NCBI GenBank assembly: GCA_022826025.1
Contig: JAJDVR010000096.1
Span: forward strand, 1,840 to 65,839
Length of the DNA stretch: 64,000 nt
Direction: 5' to 3'
DNA from: Gemmatimonadota bacterium
Lineage (GTDB): Bacteria; Gemmatimonadota; Gemmatimonadetes; Longimicrobiales; Gaopeijiaceae
Below the pieces are notes generated by a model. That model was not told the origin of the DNA, did not search any database, and saw only the letters and a list, made by a program, of their open reading frames with translations. Made by a program: the position numbers and the translations under genes. Positions 57,110 through 64,000 of this stretch are shown here, piece after piece (position 1 is the first letter of the stretch; the number at the start of each line of letters is the position of its first letter).

Positions 57110-57532
57110 TTATTCGGGAGGCTCTGCGAAGGAAAGGGGGACGCGCCGGTGGCCGCGCTTCACGCGGTACGCGGCGAAGCGTCGTCTGTCCAGCGTGAAC
57201 ACCCTGTGGATCCTGAGGCCCTCCGCCATGGCCACGAGGGAGGCGTCGGCAAAGTCCATCGCCATGTCCGCGTACCGGTCCATGAGCCGGAAGCCGCGCA
57301 GCAGGCACTCGTCGTCCATCGGCAGCACCCGGAGCCCGCCCTGCCGCACGAACTCCATGAGCCTGGGAGGACCCTGACTCCCGGGACGCAGCAGATGGAA
57401 CGCCTCGGTAAGCACGGGCGCCGTAGTCACCAGCTCCTCGTTCAGCGACTTCAGAATCGCGACGCAGTGACGGTGGTGGTCATCGGCGGGAGTGAAAAGG
57501 GCCACCAGCGGTCCGGTGTCGACCAGAATCAC
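57110..57532 (-). CDS. vapC: PIN-domain toxin VapC
   Basis: (M)ILVDTGPLVALF contains the first PIN Asp. TTAPVLTEAFHLL and DFADASLVAMAE motifs. GTG 57532 overlaps the vapB stop (GTGA). Confidence 0.8.
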   Translation of the reverse strand: MILVDTGPLVALFTPADDHHRHCVAILKSLNEELVTTAPVLTEAFHLLRPGSQGPPRLMEFVRQGGLRVLPMDDECLLRGFRLMDRYADMAMDFADASLVAMAEGLRIHRVFTLDRRRFAAYRVKRGHRRVPLSFAEPPE

Positions 57533-57792
57533 GATGCGTGCCTCCGTCGGATCACGAGCAACACCGCCTGCTTCGCCAGGGAGGAGGGCGCCAGCGCGTA
57601 CCCGCCGGACCGGGGCAGGGCGATGTGCCGGTAGACATCGTACGGGCGCGCGGCGGCTTCCTTGTCCAGCTCCGCCGCCAGGGTGCGCAGGGCCTGCCTG
57701 ATCACCTCCGAAATGGACAGGCCGGTCCGGTCCCGCAGATCGGCCAGCGTCGTCTCCCCTTCCTGTCCGAGCCGCACCGTCCGAGTCGCCAT
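57529..57792 (-). CDS. vapB: ribbon-helix-helix antitoxin VapB
   Basis: MATRTVRLGQEGETTLADLRDRTGLSISEVIRQALRTL fits the RHH pattern. Translationally coupled to vapC. Confidence 0.7.
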   Translation of the reverse strand: MATRTVRLGQEGETTLADLRDRTGLSISEVIRQALRTLAAELDKEAAARPYDVYRHIALPRSGGYALAPSSLAKQAVLLVIRRRHAS

Positions 57793-57869
57793 TCAGATCA
57801 TCGCTTCCGGCCGATGGAGGATATCGCAAGCGGCGATCGGGCCGGACCGCCGAGGTCGACCCGAGCCCG

Positions 57870-57889
57870 CGTATTACGAGTGTAATACG
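57870..57889. promoter_or_regulatory. perfect 8-bp inverted repeat, candidate vapBC operator
   Basis: CGTATTAC-GAGT-GTAATACG, AT-rich in a GC-rich context, 78 nt upstream of the vapB ATG. Confidence 0.5.
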
Positions 57890-58016
57890 GTGGCACGGCC
57901 GCAACAATCGGGGGTGGTGCTACATCATCGTCCGCGCGAGTTGCCGGACGGGAAGGCTTCGGCGCGCCGGACGCGAGGCCAAATCGCCGGCGGCGTCGAA
58001 CGGCGCTGGCCTCCCC

Positions 58017-58856
58017 TCAGGGAGGCGGTGGAGAGCCCGTGGTTTCGGCTACTCCGGTGGTGTCCCCGGGTTGGGGCTGCCAGGCGGGCGGGCTGGTGAG
58101 GTGCAGGGTGAGGCTGCCGACGAGCGGCACGCTCGACCTCATGTACACGAGCGCCCGGCGGTCGTCGTCGCTGAAGTACAGTTCGGCCTTGCCGCCCTGG
58201 CCGAAGAGTCCCCGGGTGCGGATGATCGGCTGCACCACGATCGTCTTGAAGATGCCCGCGGGGACTTCCTTCTCCTCCTTGCGCAGCACCCGCACGATGA
58301 CCGGGTTCCCGGTGTCCTTGAAGTACCTGTTGAAGGTGTAGACGTCGCCCACTTCCAGCGGAAGGGTGCGGATGAAGTAGACAAAGGAGATGTCATCGAG
58401 GGGCAGGGTCGTGGGCAGGTCGCCCACCTCCTCGTCGTCCCTGCGTTCCCAGACCCCGCGCTCCGGGAACATCTCGTAATGCCGATAGCGCTTCGACCCG
58501 ACTTCGTTCTGGTCCTGGATGAAGCGGAGGCTGGTCAGCGTGCGGGTGTCGAACCAGGTCTGAAACACGTCACGGATGCGCGCGAACAGCACGCCGCCGT
58601 CGATGCGCATGACGGCACGGTAGGCCGGGGTTCCCCGCACCGCTTCGATGGCGGCGACCTCCAGCGATCCTTCGCCGACGCTGAGGATCCCCAGCTTGAC
58701 CTTGTATTCCAGGAACTCGCCCACTTCGAACGGCACAGGGGCTTCGAGGGGTTCCACCGGCCTCACCCAGGGCGCCTGCGCCTGCGCGCGGCCCTCGGCC
58801 GGCGCGATGACGGCGAGTCCCAGCGCGAGCGCGAGAAGGCCGGCCGGGCGCGTCAT
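58017..58856 (-). CDS. DUF3108-like secreted protein
   Basis: Signal peptide MTRPAGLLALALGLAVIAPAEG. FEVGEFLEYKVKLGILSVGEGSLEV.. and the C-terminal ..AELYFSDDDRRALVYMRSSVPLVGSLTLHL match the DUF3108 pattern. ATGA overlap with the GT2 stop. Confidence 0.7.
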   Translation of the reverse strand: MTRPAGLLALALGLAVIAPAEGRAQAQAPWVRPVEPLEAPVPFEVGEFLEYKVKLGILSVGEGSLEVAAIEAVRGTPAYRAVMRIDGGVLFARIRDVFQTWFDTRTLTSLRFIQDQNEVGSKRYRHYEMFPERGVWERRDDEEVGDLPTTLPLDDISFVYFIRTLPLEVGDVYTFNRYFKDTGNPVIVRVLRKEEKEVPAGIFKTIVVQPIIRTRGLFGQGGKAELYFSDDDRRALVYMRSSVPLVGSLTLHLTSPPAWQPQPGDTTGVAETTGSPPPP

Positions 58857-59635
58857 GATCCCTGCGCCGCGGCAAAGGTCACCCGGCCGCGGGCGCGGCC
58901 CAGGCCCCGCAACGTGCGCCACGGCTTGAACCGAGAACGCCGCACCCGCCGGTTGCGGGGTGCCTCGACCACGGCCTCGGCGACCGCGCGCGCATGGGGA
59001 ACCGCACGCTCGAGCAACTCCAGGTTGCCGGCCCAGCCCTCCCCGAGCCCGAACCCCTTCTCGCTCGCTTCGGCAAACATCTTCCGGAGCACCACGACGC
59101 GGTATGCCCGGAAGCCCCCGAACGGATCCGATACCGGCGCCGACCGGAGTGCCCTTCGCAGCAAGTGGCGCCCGACCCAGCGGGTAAAGCGGGCGGATCG
59201 GGTCAGTCCGGGCGGGTCCCCGGCGCAGGCCACGCTCACGACATCCGCACCCCCCTCGATGGTCTTCATGAGGGGCACGATGCCCGCGGGGTCGTCGCTG
59301 AAATCGGCCTGGAGGGTCACGGCCACGTCCCGCTTCGGATACTCGGCCCGGCGCGCGGCCTGGCGCAGCAGCTCTTCCGTCGCCCCCGAATACCCCATTC
59401 GCTGTTTGCCGTAGAGGATCACGAGCGGCACGACGCGCCGGTAGCTCGACAGCAGCGACCGCGTATCGTCGCTGGAGCCGTCGTCGAGTACGAGAATCTC
59501 GTAGTCGCGGCCGAAGTCGGCCATGACCTGACGGATCTTCCAGAGGAGCACGCCGATGGTGTTCTCTTCGTTGCGGGCGGGGATGCAGATATAGACCAAG
59601 CCGGACTCCGTGGGCTCGTGGGCGTCCTTCGGCAT
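58853..59635 (-). CDS. family-2 glycosyltransferase
   Basis: YICIPARNEENTIG..ILVLDDGSSDDT is the GT-A DxD region. ATG 59635. ORF-track entry 58853..60562 is a read-through. Confidence 0.85.
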   Translation of the reverse strand: MPKDAHEPTESGLVYICIPARNEENTIGVLLWKIRQVMADFGRDYEILVLDDGSSDDTRSLLSSYRRVVPLVILYGKQRMGYSGATEELLRQAARRAEYPKRDVAVTLQADFSDDPAGIVPLMKTIEGGADVVSVACAGDPPGLTRSARFTRWVGRHLLRRALRSAPVSDPFGGFRAYRVVVLRKMFAEASEKGFGLGEGWAGNLELLERAVPHARAVAEAVVEAPRNRRVRRSRFKPWRTLRGLGRARGRVTFAAAQGS

Positions 59636-59688
59636 TGCAAGATCGGGGCCGAACAGGACCGCGAGCGGTGGGAACAACAGGCTGGCGC

Positions 59689-60636
59689 TTATACCTGACC
59701 GCGCGGGGACGGTTCCAGCGTCCGTCCGGCGGCTCGCGTGCGGGACCACCGCCGGTGCTGCCACAGATACTGGCCCGGATGGCGCCGCACCCAGCGCTCG
59801 AGCGCGGAGACGTGTGCGCGCGTCAGCGCCTCCACGTCGCGGGCCGGCACACCGCTCGGCGAAATGGAAACCTGTTCCAGAACGAGGTGATGGGGAACGG
59901 GGGCCGCCGGATGATGGAGGGCGACACCCAGAACCAGCGGTGCGCCGCTGCGCAGTGAGAGCAGGGCCGCGCCGCGGGCGGTCGAGGCCGGCTCGCCGAA
60001 GAAGTCCACCATCAGGCCGCCCTCGTGGGCATTCTGGTCGGCGAGCAGCACGACGACCCGGCCCCTGCGGAGCGAGCGGAGCAGGACGTGTACCGGGTCG
60101 TCGCGCGAGACCACGTTCATTCCCAGTCGCCGGCGCGCCTGCATCAGTGCACGGTCGAAGAGCGGGTTGTTCTGGGGGCGCACCACCACGTCCAGCGGAA
60201 GGTCGCGGCAGGCCAGCGCCCCGCCCCCCACCTCCCAGTTGCCGATGTGGCCGGTCACCAGGATGGCGCCCTCGCCGCGCGCCACCGGCTCCGCGAGCAG
60301 TTCCCGCCCCTCCACCCGGGAGAGCGCGAGGATCTCGGCGCGCGTCAGGCGCGCGAGGCGGAAGGTGGTGGCCGCGGTGCGTCCCAGGTGGCGGTAGCTC
60401 TCTCGCGCCACGCGGGCCCGCCAGGCGGACGAGCGCTCCGGAAAGGCGCGCGCGAGGTTCTCCGCGGTGACCCGGCGGCGGATACCCAGTACGCTGCCGG
60501 CCAGCCACCCCGCCGTCGCCCCCAGCCCCTGGACCCACCGCCCCGGAAGCAGCCCCGCACACGCGGCGGCCAGGCGGAAGAGCGCGTACTCCACCCGGTG
60601 CCGGATGCGCGCGCGCCGTCCCTCAGACGCCCCCAT
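59689..60636 (-). CDS. LpxL/HtrB-type lipid A late acyltransferase (LPLAT family)
   Basis: LVTGHIGNWEVGG contains the HX4D/E-type motif. VLLADQNAHEGGLMVDFFGEPASTARGAA and the C-terminal HPGQYLWQHRRW are typical of the family. Confidence 0.8.
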   Translation of the reverse strand: MGASEGRRARIRHRVEYALFRLAAACAGLLPGRWVQGLGATAGWLAGSVLGIRRRVTAENLARAFPERSSAWRARVARESYRHLGRTAATTFRLARLTRAEILALSRVEGRELLAEPVARGEGAILVTGHIGNWEVGGGALACRDLPLDVVVRPQNNPLFDRALMQARRRLGMNVVSRDDPVHVLLRSLRRGRVVVLLADQNAHEGGLMVDFFGEPASTARGAALLSLRSGAPLVLGVALHHPAAPVPHHLVLEQVSISPSGVPARDVEALTRAHVSALERWVRRHPGQYLWQHRRWSRTRAAGRTLEPSPRGQV

Positions 60637-60654
60637 GCATGCTCCCCGCCGGAA

Positions 60655-62511
60655 TCAACCCCGGGCCGCGACCACTTCCGGAATGCCGTGCTCCCCCGCC
60701 GGCGACCCGCTCTGCATCTCGTAGAGACGGCGGTACAGCCCTCCCGCGCGCATGAGCTGGTCGTGGTCCCCGGCTTCGACGATCCGGCCCCCGTCCAGCA
60801 CGAAGATCGCGCGCGCGCCCTGGACGGTGGACAGACGGTGTGCGATTACGAAAACGGTCCGTCCCGCGCTGAGCCGGTCCAGGGCGCGCTGCACGCGGCG
60901 TTCCGACGCGGTGTCGAGCGAACTGGTGGCCTCGTCGAGGATCAGGATCGGAGGGTCGCGCAGGATGGCGCGCGCGATCGCCAGCCGCTGGCGCTGCCCG
61001 CCGGAGAGCTCGGCGCCGCGCTCACCGACCAAGGTGTCGTAGCCCTCGGGCAACGCTTCGATGAATTCGTGCGCACCCGCCGCGCGCGCCGCCTCCTCCA
61101 CCTCCCTCGCGCCGGCCCCGGGCAGCCCGTATGCGATGTTGGCACGCACGGATTCGTGGAAGAGCACGGTCTCCTGCGAGACGATGCCCATCATCCCGCG
61201 AAAGCTGCGCAGCTGGAATCGCCGGATATCCGTGCCGTCGATCAGGATCCTCCCCGAGGTGACCTCGAAGAACCGGCTGAGCAGATCCACCAGGGTGCTC
61301 TTCCCGGCCCCGCTCGGCCCCACCACGGCCACCATGGTCCCGCGCTCGACCACAAGTGACACATCCTCCAGCACGGGGCTTCCCTCGTGGTAGCCGAACC
61401 CCACCCGGTCGAACACGATCTCGCGCTCGACCCCGGGGAACGGCAGCGCGTCCGACCGGTCGCGGATGGCTGCGGGCGCGTCCAGGTACTCGAACAGCCT
61501 GCGGCCTCCGACCAGGGCGGGCTGGATCATGGCGGGCAGCCTGCTCAGGTATTTTACCGGCCTGTAGAGCTTTGTGCTCAGCGCGACGAACCCCATGAAA
61601 GCGGGCCCGGTCAGGTCGCCCTGCACGAGGACCAGCCGGGTGCCGTACCAGAGGATGACGATGGTGCCGAGCGCCGCCACCATCTCGGTCACGGGGGCCG
61701 CCAGGGCGCGCACCCGCTCCGTGCGCAGGAAGGTGCGGAAGTACCGTTCCGTCAGGGCCTGGAAGCGCCCGCGCTCGTAGTCCTCGGCCGCGGACCCCTT
61801 CACCAGGCGAATCCCCGAAAAGGTCTCCTGAATCCGGGCGTTCACCTCGGCCGCCTGGTCGAGCACGCGACCGTCCTCCCGGCGCAGCTTCTTCAGCATC
61901 GGCCCCCAGATGACCACCATGCCCGGCAGCACCGCGAGCGAGAGCAGCGTCAGCGAAGGGGACACCGCCACCATGAGCGCCACCACGGCTCCCACCTCGA
62001 AGACGGCCGAGATGCCGCGCATGAACTCGCGCGTGAACAGGGTCCGCACGAGCTCGACCTCGTGGGTCAGCCGGGAGACGATCTGCCCGATGCGCGTCCG
62101 TCCGAAGAAAACCAGGTCGAGCTCGAGCAGGTGATCGTGCACCTGGTCGCGCAGGTCGCGGGTCACCCCCTGCTCCACGCGCGCCGCGAGCCAGGTCTTC
62201 AGGAAGTCGAAGACGTTCTTGACCGCGAAGACGGCGAGGATCAACAGGATGAGCGCCTGGACCGCCTCCTGCGGCCCCGGCGCGCCGGCGACGAATCGGC
62301 CCGCGGTGGCGTCCAGCAGCCGGCCCAGCATCCCGTCCCCGACCCCGCTCGAGGCGCCCGCCTCCGGAGTCATCAGGACGCTCAGGAACGGGATCAGGAG
62401 CACCATCGAGAAGGCGTCGAAGGCGGCGAACAGGATGCTCGCCGCCACGGCGCCCAGGAACACGGCGACGTAGGGACTCAGATACCGCAGGACGCGGAGA
62501 TACAGCCTCAA
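60655..62511 (-). CDS. msbA: ABC exporter, fused permease-ATPase, MsbA-like
   Basis: Six-TM domain, then GPSGAGKST Walker A, LSGGQRQRLAIARA signature and ILILDEATSSLD Walker B. Context with the lpxL-like gene. TTG start 62511 overlaps the upstream stop (TTGA). Confidence 0.8.
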   Translation of the reverse strand: MRLYLRVLRYLSPYVAVFLGAVAASILFAAFDAFSMVLLIPFLSVLMTPEAGASSGVGDGMLGRLLDATAGRFVAGAPGPQEAVQALILLILAVFAVKNVFDFLKTWLAARVEQGVTRDLRDQVHDHLLELDLVFFGRTRIGQIVSRLTHEVELVRTLFTREFMRGISAVFEVGAVVALMVAVSPSLTLLSLAVLPGMVVIWGPMLKKLRREDGRVLDQAAEVNARIQETFSGIRLVKGSAAEDYERGRFQALTERYFRTFLRTERVRALAAPVTEMVAALGTIVILWYGTRLVLVQGDLTGPAFMGFVALSTKLYRPVKYLSRLPAMIQPALVGGRRLFEYLDAPAAIRDRSDALPFPGVEREIVFDRVGFGYHEGSPVLEDVSLVVERGTMVAVVGPSGAGKSTLVDLLSRFFEVTSGRILIDGTDIRRFQLRSFRGMMGIVSQETVLFHESVRANIAYGLPGAGAREVEEAARAAGAHEFIEALPEGYDTLVGERGAELSGGQRQRLAIARAILRDPPILILDEATSSLDTASERRVQRALDRLSAGRTVFVIAHRLSTVQGARAIFVLDGGRIVEAGDHDQLMRAGGLYRRLYEMQSGSPAGEHGIPEVVAARG

Positions 62512-64000
62512 TCCAGCGTGCTCCGGCCTCGGGGCTGCAGGCGCGCGACCGGCACGATCATCTCCTCCGGCGAGATGCCGCCGTGCAGGAAGGACCCGCG
62601 GTAGCGTGACTGGTATTCCCGCAGCTTCGTGGGATACACCATGAAGTAGTCATCCCGGGCGACGACGTAGGTCGTTCCCATCCGTCCCCGGGGCAGCCGC
62701 AGGTCGCGGGACTGCCTGGTGCTGAAGACGGTGGACCGGCTCGCGGTCCGGAGATCCACTCCGAACTTGTAGCGCAGGTTGGTGGTGGCGTCCCTGCGGG
62801 CGTAGATGGTGGTGGGACGGTTGCAGTGGATCGAGCCGTGATCGGTGGTGAGCACCACGGGGTACCCCGCCGTCGCCGCTTCCTTCAGAACCTGGAAGGC
62901 GGTTGACCGCTCGAACCACCCGCGCGTCAGGTTGCGCAGCGCGACTTCGTCCCTGGCCACCTCCATGAGCACCGGGGACTCGCTGCGCCCGTGCGTCATC
63001 AGGTCCACGAAGTTGAATACCAGGGCCACCAGCGAGCCTTCGGTTCGCACCGCCGAGCGGAAGCGGGCCCGGACCTGGTCACCCTCGCGGTCCGTGAAGA
63101 TCTTCTCGTAATGCAGCGGCACGTCGCGCCCGGTCAGCCGCCAGAGCTGAGCCGCCAGCAGTTCGTCCTCGAAGGCGTTCAGGCTCCCTTCGTCGTCGGA
63201 CGCATCCCACCAGCCGGGGCGCAGCCGGGCGATTTCGTCCGGGAACAGTCCGCCGAAGATGGCGTTGCGGGCGTAGGGCGTGGCGGTGGGCAGGATCGAG
63301 TAGTAGAGCTTCTCCTCGATCTCGAACCAGGGGGACAGGAGGGGCGCGATGATGCGCCACTGGTCGAGCCTCATGCAGTCGAGGATCACGAAGACCACGG
63401 GATCGGTGCCCAGCAGGGGCGCCACATGGTTCTTCACGATATCCGTCGAGAGCTCGGGCCGGCCGGAGCCCGCGCCGTTCACCCAGCGCGGGTAGTTCCG
63501 CGTGATCCACGTTCCGAAGTCGTGGCGCAGCTCGGCCAGGATCCCGTTGACGGAATCCAGCAGACCGGTCTCGCCCGCCTGATCCAGACGGATGTGCCAG
63601 TCCACCAGCTCCGCATACAGGGAAGCGAACCGCTCGTGGGTGCGGACCTCCGCACGCAGCGCCGAGAGCGGTCCGAAGCGCGCCGCGAAGTCGCGGGCCA
63701 CCTGTTGCTGGCGAATGCTCGAACCTTCGAGGATGCGGGTGACCACCGAAAGCACCTGGCGCGGGCTGGTCGGCTTGACCAGATAGTCCTCGACGCGCCG
63801 CCCGATCGCCTCGGTCATGGTGCGGTCCTCTTCCGACTTGGTCACCATGACGACGCGGGCGTTGGGATCCTGCCGGCGGAGGATGGCGAGTACCTCGAGG
63901 CCCCGGCGCCCGGGCATCTGCTCATCGAGCATGACCAGGTCGTAGTGGTTCCGGCGCAGGAGCGCGAGGGCGTCGTCGCCGTTGGTGATCGCGTCGACGT
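62508..64000 (-). CDS. response-regulator receiver fused to a PglZ/alkaline-phosphatase-family domain (PorX-like); 5' end outside the window
   Basis: Receiver segment ..DVDAITNGDDALALLRRNHYDLVMLDEQMPGRRGLEVL..VMVTKSEED..DYLVKP. PglZ region VFVILDCMRLDQW, YYSILPTATPYARNAIFGG and LTTDHGSIHC. The ORF is open to the window edge. Confidence 0.8.
   Translation of the reverse strand, partial: VDAITNGDDALALLRRNHYDLVMLDEQMPGRRGLEVLAILRRQDPNARVVMVTKSEEDRTMTEAIGRRVEDYLVKPTSPRQVLSVVTRILEGSSIRQQQVARDFAARFGPLSALRAEVRTHERFASLYAELVDWHIRLDQAGETGLLDSVNGILAELRHDFGTWITRNYPRWVNGAGSGRPELSTDIVKNHVAPLLGTDPVVFVILDCMRLDQWRIIAPLLSPWFEIEEKLYYSILPTATPYARNAIFGGLFPDEIARLRPGWWDASDDEGSLNAFEDELLAAQLWRLTGRDVPLHYEKIFTDREGDQVRARFRSAVRTEGSLVALVFNFVDLMTHGRSESPVLMEVARDEVALRNLTRGWFERSTAFQVLKEAATAGYPVVLTTDHGSIHCNRPTTIYARRDATTNLRYKFGVDLRTASRSTVFSTRQSRDLRLPRGRMGTTYVVARDDYFMVYPTKLREYQSRYRGSFLHGGISPEEMIVPVARLQPRGRSTLD

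Noticed and set aside
58853-60562. 569-aa ORF extending the GT2 gene upstream
   Set aside because: The upstream part overlaps the LpxL-like gene out of frame and is Arg/Pro/Gly-rich. ATG 59635 gives a normal 260-aa GT-A glycosyltransferase.

Overview
Calls below rest on ORF structure, start/stop context and motifs I recognise by eye; no homology search or folding program was run. The window is a densely coding, high-GC (roughly two-thirds G+C by eye) bacterial chromosomal segment. I support about 55 protein genes, one cobalamin riboswitch, and no rRNA, tRNA, CRISPR array, transposase or integrase. The envelope genes (TonB-receptor-type barrel, LpxL-like acyltransferase, MsbA-like exporter, DUF3108) indicate a Gram-negative organism. 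A Gemmatimonadota-like lineage is only a weak guess.

Gene content, in order:
- A partial outer-membrane barrel and an Ig-repeat lipoprotein.
- A minus-strand run: cupin, a small Cys-Cys-terminated protein, an ArsA/Get3-like ATPase, CstA, and a 1458-aa M14 peptidase.
- A Dph6-like PP-loop enzyme.
- A 1048-aa kinase / M23 / class-III-aminotransferase fusion preceded by an S9-like lipoprotein hydrolase.
- Lactate permease, an amidohydrolase and a GNAT-like protein.
- A B12-riboswitch-controlled two-gene module.
- SDR, S9 peptidase and a sodium:solute symporter.
- A small accessory islet (HEPN/MNT toxin-antitoxin (TA) pair, TipAL-type MerR regulator, AbiEi/AbiEii TA pair) abutting gyrB.
- recF, DUF721, a PHP-like gene and gyrB, with no dnaA or dnaN nearby; then ssb and rpsU.
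- A TPR / dehydrogenase / thiolase / hbd operon.
- An orphan hydantoinase-B homologue.
- A MoxR / DUF58 / DUF4129 / DUF4350 cluster facing an RDD-SpoIIM fusion gene that has vapBC directly upstream.
- An envelope operon headed by a PorX-like receiver-PglZ response regulator (3' edge of window, gene partial).

The most interesting uncharacterised candidates are, in order: the CC-terminated protein / Cys-free ArsA-like ATPase / CstA module; the MoxR-centred membrane cluster; the tri-domain kinase-M23-phospholyase-like enzyme; and the PglZ-regulator-led lipid A/envelope operon.

Many long ORFs in the supplied track are antisense or read-through artefacts of high GC and were rejected.
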